Source: Camelus dromedarius (Eukaryota). Taken from it: 64,000 nucleotides of DNA. Numbering within the stretch: the stretch's first letter is position 1; every line of letters starts with the position of its first letter. Shown here piece by piece: positions 51,346 through 63,467 of the stretch. The notes below the pieces were generated by a model. It was not told the DNA's origin and did no database searches. It saw nothing but the letters and a program-made list of their open reading frames with translations. Position numbers and translations under genes: made by a program. Location of the stretch: positions 29,142,001-29,206,000 of the forward strand of contig NC_087436.1 in NCBI RefSeq assembly GCF_036321535.1, written 5' to 3'.

Positions 51346-54300
51346 CATTATCTTTATGGCTATTATCCTATGTTCTCATGCTACTTATTCATATGTAAAA
51401 TGAGTTTGTATTTTTACTCATTATAAGAAAATATGAATGAATGTGTTAACTAAAGTATTAAATACCAATCTAAAATAGTTCCTGAAGGAAATCTTTCTGA
51501 GCTTTATGATTGTATGGCTCAGTGCTTCACACAATGTCTTGTATTAAAATGTTTGCTCAATTGGATATAACTGAACAAAGCTGCAATTCTATTGATTATT
51601 AAAACAACTGCATATCTAAATATGTGTTTTTTTCCACCAAAAGCCAAATTTTGCTTTCCAAAAAATGCTGTTCATGTACCTGTTCAGATTTTTACTTGCT
51701 TTGAATCTAAATTCAGTTGATCCTTACAGAAACTTACAGATTTCATGAATACTAGTTTTATATTTAATGCAGATACTATTCAGTTTTTTATGCAAGGAAG
51801 AGCTTTATTCCATATTTTCAATGACATACAGCTATCTTTCATGTTTATGTGGAGACTGTAAAAGACAAACCTTGTGCTAATAATCAGTGGTCAGTAGATT
51901 TGTAGAGATTGTGTTTCAGTATTTATCAAGCTTGTGATTACTTTAAATATAATTTCAGTTTTCCTATAATTTTATAATATTGATATTGAAACTAAGCATT
52001 TGTACACTTAGTTTTGAAATGAAAGAAAAGATTTATTTATAAACAAAATGCAGACTTACCAATAAAATATTTCAGGTGAAACCATACTTTGGGGTTAATT
52101 GTGAACCATAGATAGATAGATCATCTATCTAGTAGAATGCATGAAATTATTCCCAGAAATGTTAAGATAAATGATTAATATTTTGTACATGCAATCCCTT
52201 CTAAGAAGGAATGACTGATAATTTTAAAATGTGCTTTTAAGGAAGGCTTCATGGAGGAGGCAAATTTGCACTGGACACAAGAGATGAGTGGCTGGGATGG
52301 GCAGGAAGAGACATCTGTGCCAGGAGAATCCCTTAAATGAGACATTGAAGTGGGAAAATAGGACTTGTATTCAGATAACAATGACAATGAATATAGCAAT
52401 TTAGCCTGTATAAAGGATTGGTTTGTGAAATGTTGAGAAGGAAGGGCAGTTCAGTACCAATTAATAGAGAGCTTGAATTCCAGAATAAGCAGTGTTTCTG
52501 TTGTTCTGAAGAAAAATAATAGCTTCTGCAGTAATTTGTTTGTATGTCTTTTTTATATGGTCTTACTGTACTCCATTCTGCGTCAAAGGAAGAGCTACCC
52601 TTTCTCCTTTCTAAGGCACAGCACTCCACCTGCACATTCTCAGTCGCACCGCTGCCTGTCACCTCTGAAACATTGACATTAGTTACATCTTCGATCTCTG
52701 AATTCCTCAATTTGTTTCTTGTCATTATTTCTTTTCCTTCTTCCTAAAATGTATTACTCTGTTTCTTCAAGATAAAGTAATCTTTGTCTTCACCTAAGTC
52801 CCTATAATTTTCCTTCCTATGAGCTTTCTTATGAATAAACTAAGCATTCACTTTCTACTTTCTCACCTTTCTTTTACTTTTCCTCCCTCTGTACCCGACT
52901 TCCTCTCCCACTACTCCATGAGTATCGGCCTTACCAAGGCATCCGGTCATCAAATTCCATGACATCTTTCCAGACATCATATAGCTCAACCTCCCTTCAT
53001 CACTCAACACTGTTGATGAGTATAAAGAATGATGTGGATTTTTGAAAACCCACATAGATAAGTGTTCTTAATCAAATTTGCAGCCCCTAACATCCTGAAT
53101 ATGGTAGTGGTATTTAAATAAAACTATTGTGAGAATACAATTAGGATATTTACAGGGTATATCACAGTGTGTGGCTTAGAATACACACTGCATAAACAGT
53201 AGTTAATATTATCTTAACAGGATTGTCACTCCCCACTGTCCCTAACTTGGATCTTTTAACGTGCTTTAATTTAGCCTCAAATTCCAGATGTAAGAGCCTC
53301 TCCTTACCCCTATGTTTAGGAGTATGAATAACTTGGGTATAGATGGAAAGATTTTCTCAAAAGGTCATTAAGTGATGTGGAATACTAGGACATGAAATGT
53401 CTCCAGCTTAATCTGATATCAAATTAAATAGAAATTTGGTTGCAAGGTCTTGAGGCAAATTTGTATTATTATTTATTACTACAACAACTACTGCTACTAC
53501 TGTTAGGGTTTTTTTTTTTTTTTTTTTTTTTTTTGGTTTGTGTTTTCTTTATCCCACAGAGAAACCACTGTAATAAGTTGTGTGAAGGCCGCTGTGCTGA
53601 GTTCTCTGAGTGAGTTGTGGGCCAGTCACTTGAAATGATGGTCCCCTAGGAGCCTTTCTTCCAGGCCATTGGCTCTGGCATTTTGCAGGCAAGAACTGTT
53701 AAATATGGGCCCCAGCAACTGTATCTCAGTTATAAGTCCCTTCTTACCTACCCCTTCTTCTTCTGCAATCCCCTACCTAGACCCTCATTCAAGAGTTTTC
53801 ATTTAATTATTTTCATCCACACTTTGAAGCCTGAAAGATGAGAAAGACTAAAGTACCATAGGGTTTGTATGAAATTTCTTCTCCCTCCCTAACCTCTACT
53901 TAGTCTACTCATTTGGTATGCATTTTAACCATTTCTGTCCAGGGACACTAGTCTTAGTTTATGCAGTTATAATCCTTCCTCCTTCTCAAGGGCTTTTCTG
54001 TGTACTGGGACTCATATTTGAATGATCTGATCTCTCATCTTTCATATCTCAACTCAATTTGTTTTCTTCTTAATACTTTCTCTAATTTTCTCAGAAAAGA
54101 AAATGTTCTCATCTTCTTTGTTGTAACTTCTTTTTGGATCTTACCATAGTTGCAATTTTCTTCCTATTTCTGCAATTAGTATTCTCTGAATTTCATAAAA
54201 ACAGGGACATTAGCCATTTTAGCTCATTTTAGACCCCAGATCGGAGACATAGCCTGCCACAGTATAGGAGTTCTAAATGAAAGAATGAGCACCAGCCCTT

Positions 54301-54729
54301 AACAACACAGGGATTCTTTATCCTACAGGGAAAAAAAAAGTTTTTGTTTACTGGAACACAATGGATGGTCTGCTCTCCCAGAGCAGTTGAAATGATTTCA
54401 TTCTGTCCTTGAATTATCTGAAGGACCAAATGCCCACTCTTGTGGTTGGATCAAGTGTCTGTTTTTTTAAAATAAAATCATTAAATAAAATTGCATTCTC
54501 CCTCTCTCTCTCTCTACAACTTAGTATACAATTACATAAAATAATCTCTCTCTATGAAAATGTATTTCTTTGTATTCTTTGACACTTACTCCTGGTCTGC
54601 TTCCTACCTCATTAACTGCTCTATATTAATTTTTTTACTGATCTTTTAACAAAATTATTCAGATTGTTCTTTTAAATGTTAGTGTAACCAGATTTTTTTA
54701 ATCAATTAATTTAAACTAAAAATAAAGCA

Positions 54730-55898
54730 GTTCACCTTTTTCTCCCACCTTGCACCCCTCACCTCTGGCAACTGCAGATCATTTCTTCTCTGTATCTATG
54801 AGCTTGGTTTTTTAATTAATTAATTATTAGATTCCACATGTAAAAGAAATTGTACATTTGTCTTTCTCTGCCTGACTTATTTCATGTTGCATAATACCCT
54901 CAAGGTCCATCCATGCTGTCACAAATGGCATTCTTTTTTATGGCTGATTAATATTCCATTATATATATGCATATATTTGTAGATATAATATAATGGTATG
55001 TGTGTATATCTCTCTCTCTCTCTCTCACAATTTCTTTATCCATTCATCCACTGATGGACACTTTGGTTGTTTCCATATCTTGACTATTGTAAATAATGCT
55101 GTCAGGAACATGAGAATGTATATATCTTTTCAAGTTAGTGTTTTGTTTTCTTTGGGTAAATATGTAGAAGTGGAATTAATGGGTCATATGATAGTTCTAA
55201 GTTTAATTTTTTGAGGCATCTCCATAGTATTTTCTATAGTGGCTAAACCAATTTGCATTTCCTCCAGCAATGCATGAGTGTTCCCTTTTCTCCACATCCT
55301 TGCCAAAACTTGTTATTTCTTGTCTTTTTGGTAATAGCCTTTCTAATAGAGGTGAAGTGATACCTCTTAATGATTTTGATTTACATTTGCCTGATGATTA
55401 ATGATGTAGAGCATTTTTTTTCATGTAACTGTTGGCCACTTTTATGTCTTCTATGAAAAAAATGTCTATTCAGATCTTCTGCCCATTTTTCAATCTGATT
55501 GTTTCTTTGCTATTGCATTATATGAGTTCTTTACATACTTTGGATATTAGCTCCTGATCAGATATGTGATTTGCAACTATTTTCTTCCATTTGGTAGGTT
55601 GCCTTTTTGTTTTGTTGATGCTTTCCTTAGCCATGCAGAAGCTTTTTTATTGTGACATAGTCCCACTTGTTTATTTTTGCTTTTGTTACTTTACTTTTGG
55701 TGTCAGATTCAAAAAATTATTGCCATGACCTATGTCAGAAACATACTGCCTGTGTTTTCTTCTAGTAGTTTTATGATTTTAAGTCTTATGTTCATGTCTG
55801 TAATCCACTTTGAGTTAATTTTTATGTCTTGTATGGTAGTAGTCCAGTTCTATTCTTTGGCTGTTTAATTTTCTCAACACCATTTATTGAAGAGGCTG
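54730..55898 (-). mobile_element. L1 3' fragment (L1MA9-like; same family as 13667-14485)
   Basis: CTCTGTATCTATGAGCTTGG, CCCTCAAGGTCCATCCATGCTGTCACAAATGGC, TCAGATCTTCTGCCCATTTTT, CAACACCATTTATTGAAGAG. Confidence 0.92.
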
Positions 55899-56919
55899 AA
55901 GAGATTTATGAGATTTTTCTCCTCAATCTTCTTATTTTTCAATTACATGTAATAATTGCATCTATTCCTGTTTACATTAATCAATATTAACCTTCAAACA
56001 AAATAAATTATTGTTAGAGAAAACACATATGTGCACGCACATTTGATTCAGTTTTCAGATAGAAAATATTGACAAATTTTATCTTTTAGAGGAAAAGAAG
56101 GAGTATCTATGTGTCTTGATGACATTTAGGAAGATAAAATTAATTTTCCAGTGTGCTATGTCTTCTCCGTAGTAGTTTTGATCTTTTTGGTATCACTGGA
56201 AGGATGTAAAATGGGCAAAGTCTGGCTGAACAGATTGGAAATTCCAGGACTGGGGGAAGGGGCAGGCAATATAGTGACACAAGCCCAGTTTCATGAATAT
56301 ATTTTGATAAACATTTAAAAAGGTTTAGTGCTTGCAATTTTTTAACACAATAATCCATCTCTCATGACAAGCCATATTGTTATAGGTAAATATGTTAGAT
56401 AGGAAAAACTATAGCTGTGACCATTATACTCCACTCTGAAGTAATTGCACACTTAGGCTTCTGGTAACCATGTGTATTTCCTATAGGCTTTAGCAGTTTG
56501 GGATCAATAACACCCACCTTTGAACTCCAGAAAATGTCCCCAGATCTATCTGTCTTCTCCTTACATACTGGCAGTAAGATAACAGGCAGGTTCCTATGTA
56601 CTCTCCCCATGTCTACAATCACTAGATTATACAATGATAAATATTACATCAACACTACGTTCCATTCCTGGAACATTACGAAAGAAAATGTTCTAGGAAA
56701 ACAGAAATGATAAGTAGATAAATAGATGATAAGTAGATAAATCCATGAAAGGTAGGAAAATGATGGATCTCCCAATCTCCTTTCCAGTACTTCTCTATAA
56801 AGCAGGCAAAATGATGTTTTCAAAATTCAAATTTACCATGTCAAATGTCCAGTATTTAAAACAAACAAAAATTTTTTTAAAACAGGACTTTTCAATAGTT
56901 TCCTGTTTCTTGTTGGATA

Positions 56920-57396
56920 CCATATGCTGTCTTTAACATGGTAGATGCACTACTGCATGTTCTAACTTCTGCCTCTTTCTGCAGCTTTATTTCCTATTGC
57001 TCTCAACTTTGTAAATGGTATACCATCCCAGATGGCCCTGCAAACACAGATTCTTTGCATGTGCTATCCTTGTGTTTGTTTTGTTCCTCACCCCAGTCAC
57101 CCAATTAACACATAGATTTTTTTTTTTTATATTTAAGCATAGGAATGATTTCTCAGGGTAAGCTTATTAGGTCATACCCTCTGTTTTACACTTTTATTTC
57201 ACCATAGTTTATAGCCTACTATGAATGCTGTTTATGAATATATTATTATTTGAGTAATTATTTATTGAATACAAGTTTTTAGCATTGGAAATTGTAACTA
57301 CCAGAAAACAGAAGAGTCTGTGTTTGCACACTGTTGAATCCTCAGCACAAATCACTTTTAATTGGTCAATAAATGTTTGTTCAATAAATAAATGGC
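56920..57396 (+). mobile_element. L2 3' fragment
   Basis: Ends CACTGTTGAATCCTCAGCAC..TCAATAAATGTTTGTTCAATAAATAAATG (L2 terminus). Confidence 0.6.
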
Positions 57397-58930
57397 CTTT
57401 AACTGTACTTAATTTGAAAACACAGAAGAAAGAAATATTGGCCCAAGAAAGTCTGTTTTAAAGGTCTTTATGTTTTAGGCTAGAAGATAAAAAGATTATT
57501 GTTTATTTTTTAATTAGCTCAAATAATCTTTGTATGTTTCTTTGAAAATATGATCGTGAATCTTGTGATGTTATTCTTTTTTTTTTTTTTTTTTTTTAGT
57601 ATTCAATAGAGATATACTAAGAAAAATAGTATCAATCCGAGTTCTCAAAGAATTCCTGGAAAACTGAGTTTTTATACATATAGTTATTTTATTCCTGGAA
57701 ATTTCCAGGTCAGCTCTACAAGTTAACTATACGACAAAATGCTGAAAGCAATAGACTTTGGTTTTATAGGTAATGGATAAAATTGAAGTGACTGTTTCAA
57801 GAAATGCAGTTATCTTATGCCATAACATGTTCAGAAGTCCATGAATGTATTGGAATCTTTTCCTGTCTCATCTTGCTACAGAATATTCCTCAATTAAATG
57901 AACTCAGGCTCTTGTTTTTCGGGAGTCCTATTAGGACTATCATAAAAGGGGCTACTTTCAGTCAAAATGTCAATAGCTGACAACTGCATTTGGTTAACTC
58001 TGTGACACTACTTCCCAGCAATGTCACATCATAGGGACTAGTTCTTGAAATGACATTAAAATCAATGTATTTAATAAAATTTAATAAGAACTAGAGATAT
58101 AACATGATAATATTGAAATACAAATAGCATCTATAATGAATGGATATTTTGACATAAATATACTGTTCTAAGCAGGCATAATTTATCATTAAATTACCTA
58201 TGTGTTCTCAGTTTTTAAAATCAAACATGTTTAACCTCTTCCCATGCATCATTTTGTATATGAAAATAAGAGAAATAATTTATCCTTTTGACGTTATGTG
58301 TTGCAAAATATCTTCAAGTTAATCAAATGTAGTTAATCAAATTTAAATTTGTGACTACTTGCTAGATCCGAAATCATGGAGAATCAAAGAGAATGTATAA
58401 TAACAATTCATAGTGATCTTACTACTAAATTCATAGTCATAGAAAGTATTGCAAAATCTTTCATGCTTGAATAAAAGACAACATATACTTAAAATAGCTA
58501 AAATTAATGAATTAAGAGAATTCAGTGAGGATAAAAGCCCTTTGTCCCAACCAGAGAAGTATCTTATTAGAATATTAAACAACACTTTTTCTTTGTTTTC
58601 TTTAAAGGCATTAGGAATCTGAAGAGATCTATTAAAGATGTTTGGAAATTAAGAATGAAAATAAGTGATTAGGCTCGCGTGCCCATCACAAATCGGTATC
58701 TAAATGAACATATGTTCACACAGTTTTAAAAATTCATCTAAATCTAGGAGATAAAGTGTGATTCTCATTGTTCTAGAAAATACCATTAAGACCAAAGTCT
58801 TGTAATGATTGGTTTTCATTTCTTATTCAAATAAGTGCATCTGGAGATGCACTCCTAGTACTTACTCATTTGAGTAAAGAAAAGGTAGCAGCACTCAATT
58901 ATGAGATAGAAAAGTGGATTTCTTTACATT

Positions 58931-58971
58931 AAAAAATTTTTTTTTCTTCGGAGGGGTGCAGGTAACTAGGT

Positions 58972-59010
<39 letters not shown>

Positions 59011-59090
59011 CTGATGGAAGTACTGGGAATTGAACCCAAGACCTCATGCATGCTAAACATGCACTCTGCCACTGAGCTACACCCTCCTGC
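58931..59090 (-). mobile_element. tRNA-Ala-derived camelid SINE (vic-1 type)
   Basis: The reverse complement reads GGAGGGTGTAGCTCAGTGGCAGAGTGCATGTTTAGCATGCATGAGGTCTTGGGTTCAATTCCCAGTACTTCCA plus (TAAA)n. TSD TGGATTTCTTTACATT (58915-58930) / TAGATTCCTTTACATT (59091-59106). Confidence 0.92.
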
Positions 59091-59112
59091 TAGATTCCTT
59101 TACATTTGACAA

Positions 59113-59440
59113 AGATATATATATATACACAAAGACATATATATATGTCTCATATACGTATTATATCAAGAAAAATTTTCAACAAGGATGTTATATGGAT
59201 TATATATCAAGAAAAAAGTATATATATATATCAGAAAGGATAAATGTATATCAATAAAAATTAGGATAGGTGAATTTATATATGTAAATTTAGATATATG
59301 TAGAACAACGATATATATGGATATATAGAGAAAAATATAGATATATACAGAAAATTTAGATTCAAATAATACATATCAAGAATATATATATACCAACAAG
59401 CATATGAATATATATCAAGAAAAATTTTCAACAAATATAT
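59113..59440. repeat. Degenerate AT-rich minisatellite / low-complexity tract
   Basis: Recurrent TATATCAAGAAAAA units. TATATCAAGAAAAATTTTCAACAA occurs twice (~59162 and ~59411). Confidence 0.75.
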
Positions 59441-59889
59441 TAGATGCCCAAGTGGAAAGAATTATTGAAAAAACCTAAATACCAAATTTATTACAACTGG
59501 GCAAATTAGGCCTTTATTTTTTTCTAGTCAAAGTTAATAGACGGAAAATATAAATTTAGGGGTTGGTGCCCTGCTTCATAAAAGGATCCTGAAACAAAAG
59601 ATTGTTTTTAGAATTCATATTTACATAGCTTCATTAAATTTGGAAAGCAGAAATGGTTTTTACGCTCCATCTCTACACACACACACTCACACTCACCACA
59701 TTCACATATAAGTGCATTGTCATTAAGAAGTGTCTAACATCTTATGATTCAGTTTTTTTTCTGACTAGATTAGGATTTGTAGAAAAGTGCTAACAGTATT
59801 GCTTTGTACTTAGTAAGTATAATAAAATGTATTGAATAATCAAAATATTAAATACTTTCAACAAATATTATAATAAATGAGTGAAATTT

Positions 59890-60125
59890 AATGAATGCTT
59901 ACTAAAGTTGGGTGTTACATAGAACACTTTGTATGTTTATTTAGTTATAACTCCTTTTATCTATACAGTGTCTATAATAGGCATTGTTAGCTCCATGATA
60001 GAGGTGAAGGAATTCAGCCTCAGATAGGTCGTGTAAATTCCCTGAAGTCACAGGACTCCTAAGTGGTAGAACAGTTATTAAGATGCAAGTCCAATTTCAA
60101 AGTGAGAATGTTTCTTCTCCAACAA
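59890..60125 (-). mobile_element. MIR SINE
   Basis: GAATGCTTACTAAAG..GATAGAGGTGAAGGAATTCAGCCTCAGATAGG..CCTGAAGTCACAG..TAAGTGGTAGA. Confidence 0.65.
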
Positions 60126-61242
60126 ATACCACAGAGTGGAGCAACTATGTTTATTCACTATAAGTAAGTTTAAGACAAATACGTGCACTTTTATTAAACT
60201 CGTTTTCTTGCTGATTTGCCTATTTATCTTTCAATTTATCTAACATATTTATTGAGCCTGTTCTTCAGAAATTTTAGAGTATACGGGGGAAGACATAAAA
60301 ATGAGCAATCACAGTGCAATATAATAAATGCTGTAATGCTGCAATAAAACATTGTGGAAGTTTGTAAACAGTGTTTCAGCGCTAAGAGTAGGAGGCATGT
60401 GTCTCATTCTGTGACAAAAATGCATCACAAAAGATCACATGACTTTCATTTTTGAAATGAGGGGCATCTAGAAATGATTCTGGTTATAACAGTGAGAGGT
60501 CCAATATTGAAACCGCTCAGAATTTAATCTAAGGATTTTTGAATATTATCCTAAAATATATAGGGGCCAGGAGGGTATTGGCTTTGAAGAATTGTAGACA
60601 GGGTGTATCCAGAGTCAGCTTTTTACTTTTCAGATAAATCCCCAATATCGTGTAAAGAATGTCTTGGAGGAGGGAGATGAAGTATGCCTTTTTTGCCATC
60701 ATGCACATGAAAATTAAGTCAAAGTAATTATAAAAGAGAGAAGAGACTGGAAAAGAGCAATACTTTTGTGGTCGTATCAGAAGAAATCTGCTTAGGAGGG
60801 AAGCAGAGAGTAAGGGTAAAGATAGAGCCTTAACATTTCATTTCAGCTCAATCCTTATACATGCGGCAGTATATCTAGTTAATTAGGTTGCTAATTTGAT
60901 AAGCATGGCTGACTGCAATTTATTTAGAAAAAAATTAATAATGGTTTTGCTTATTAAGGATGGTTTAAATGTATGCAGAGAAAAAGGAGCCCTTGAGAAA
61001 GATAGGAGTTCATATCAATCGGGGTTCCTGGTGGCAAAACACCTGTAAATAAAACAGCAACAAAAAAAACCCTTTCATATAAAAAATAATTAGGTAGGTA
61101 GCAGATGGTTCCTAGAATTTGTAGTTGTAGTGGACAACTGGACTCAGAAGCTGGGCGGGGCCAGAGGTGAATGTTTTCCAGACATCCTTTGACTCAGTAT
61201 TGCCAACCCTGCCCTTCCTGCATCTGTGCCCTGCAATAATTC

Positions 61243-61480
61243 AAGTGTAAAGTAAACTGGATTTTGAAAACTCCAGACTGGAAAAAAAAAGGTAAAAATG
61301 TCACATTAGTATTGATAAGTTGTGCCATGCTGAAATGATAATATTTTGGATCTGTTGGTTTAAATAATATATCTTTAAAAAATTAACCTTATCTGTTTCT
61401 TTTTATTGTTTTTAATGTGACTGCTAGAAATTTTGAAATTAGATATGCATCTTGCATTTGTAGTTTGTTGGATAGCACCC
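61243..61480 (-). mobile_element. MER33 (hAT-Charlie) DNA transposon fragment
   Basis: CATGCTGAAATGATAATATTTTGGAT..TTAACCTTATCTGTTTCTTTT..TTTAATGTGACTGCTAGAAATTTTGAAATT..TTGGATAGCAC matches antisense MER33. Confidence 0.82.
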
Positions 61481-61803
61481 TTCTAGAAGGCAAGCTGGGG
61501 TGTGTGTGTGTGTGTGTTTAGGGAAAAACATCAGGAATCAGGGAAAAACTGACAATAACATTGACCTATATATAGCATTGGATTACTGTCTTTTCTTTCT
61601 CCAAACCAACATCGGTTTTACCATCATCCAAATCCCTAATTTTCCACTCTAGGGAAATGAGAAGGGGATAAAATAGCACAGATGCTGGAGAGAACCCAGG
61701 AAAGTTATAGGAAAGAAGAAATGAAAGGAGGGAACTTATGTTCGGAAATGTTAAGAAGGAATGCTAACCAACATTCGGCATAGGAAAAATTCAGTGCTTG
61801 CTA

Positions 61804-62270
61804 TGTCGACAAAAAAATTAATCGATCTAAGAAAGAAATGGAAAATTTTTTTCAAGCCAAATTGAGGATCATAACCTGGGAATAAGCTCTCAGAAAGCTC
61901 CGAGAACTGTTCTTTCCAGGAGAAGTCAAAGTATAGTTATATAAGTTTCTAAGACAGAGGGCTATACATTAAATGAGGTAGATAGTTTGCACAATCCAGA
62001 TCTGTAAGAACAAAGTGATGGGTCATCGTGGCCGCTTACCAGATCAAGAAGGAATGTTATTTTTTAGGAGTTGTCCTATTGGTGCTTGGAGGATGTTGCT
62101 CTTTATGGTTGAGCAGGGGTTTCGGCCGGGGGTGGGGTGGGAGGGTTTGGTTCATGCATAGTACAGATACCCAGTGCACAGGAGAGGGGAGGGAGGGGCC
62201 AAAGGGCAGAGAAGAGTTTTTATGTTTATATTTTTCTTGTCTTGCCATAAAATATGAATTTTATTTCACA
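61804..62270 (-). mobile_element. ERV1-class solo LTR (MER41/MER4-like), 467 bp
   Basis: TG...CA termini (TGTCGACAAAA ... TTTCACA) and 4-bp flanks GCTA/GCTG. On the minus strand: GC-box tract (~62128-62145), CCAAT (62078-62082) and TATATAA (~61937-61943). AGCCAAATTGAGGATCATAACC..CTCAGAAAGCTCCGAGAAC resembles MER41-group U5/R. Confidence 0.82.
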
Positions 62271-63467
62271 GCTGTTTGTGTAATTTCTATATTTTCCTGA
62301 CATTTCTTCATCAAATTAGACCTAAAAACCAAACAAATTGCCTACAAAAACAATGCTAATAATGTGAGAAAAAGATAAAGCCGGGAGTCATTTAAGTTCA
62401 CGCAGTGCAGTAAAAAGAACATGGCTTTAGTTTTACTGTCACATTGCACTCACACGGATGTGTGAAAAGAAATTGAGGACACTGCATGTGAAAAAGAGAA
62501 AATTCTAATCCTGCTACTTCTCATCAGCCTTGTAAAACACAAACTAATGCACTTAGTAAGAGAAAATCTTTTAACTGTTGTGTGCAAGAAAATCTGATTT
62601 TTTTTTTCAAAAGCAGTCAGAACATGAGTTAAGTGCTGATTTACTGTTTCACACAATAGAATCCAGTCCTTCTTGTTATGCCCATTAAACTAAGAATTGC
62701 TGAAGAAAGCAAACATCTGACAAGGGACAAAGTCTATTTGAGCTTATAGTTTTGCCTTCGGCCAGAAAGGGAAGGGAAATCCTTTCTAAACTTTCTAACC
62801 ATATGTGGTAGTTGTCTTGCTAAAAGGGAAAATCTTCCTCAAGCAGTTCCCTGTAAAGAAATGTCATTATCTCCAGTAGCCCCTTTGATTATTCTGCTTA
62901 CCAGTCCATCAGTCAGTTTTCTAGGAGCCGAGATGACTGTTAATGCCAGTAGTAATTATAAAGAAAATTGATCCTGTAAAAGCAACAGTTTGATAGTCAT
63001 TCCGACAAATGGCCTCTTCAGCAAATAACACCAGAACCTTTCCACACTTACAAGCTACAACAGACATAAAGCAAAATGATTGCCTTGACCAGGTAGGTGA
63101 TTGAATTCTCATAAGCATAAAATACAGGACTGGTATTTTAAAGAGATATGATGAAAATCATTTAGTAGACATAGTTACTGTTCAGTATTGAAAGATTAAT
63201 AGAAAAGGAAAGATCTCTGCTCTCCAAAATATTTTCATTGTAAATTTCAAAGAGGATGAATACTAGATTTAATTGTTTACTTTTAGTGCCATGGCTTCCT
63301 GGTTTGTATTTGTAATCACACATTAATGAAGGAAAAGCTAATTTTAGGCTTCTAAGTAATACCACTGAAGTAGCAGGGCTGTAGATAACACACAAAAGTG
63401 TAATTCCCTATGATGTTAAGTATTTGCTGAATTAAGGCATTATCAGACACTGCTAGCTGAATGTATG

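Noticed and set aside
13667..55898. Segmental duplication between 13.7-14.5 kb and 55.0-55.9 kb
   Set aside because: The similarity is confined to L1 sequence. These are two independent copies of the same family with unrelated flanks.
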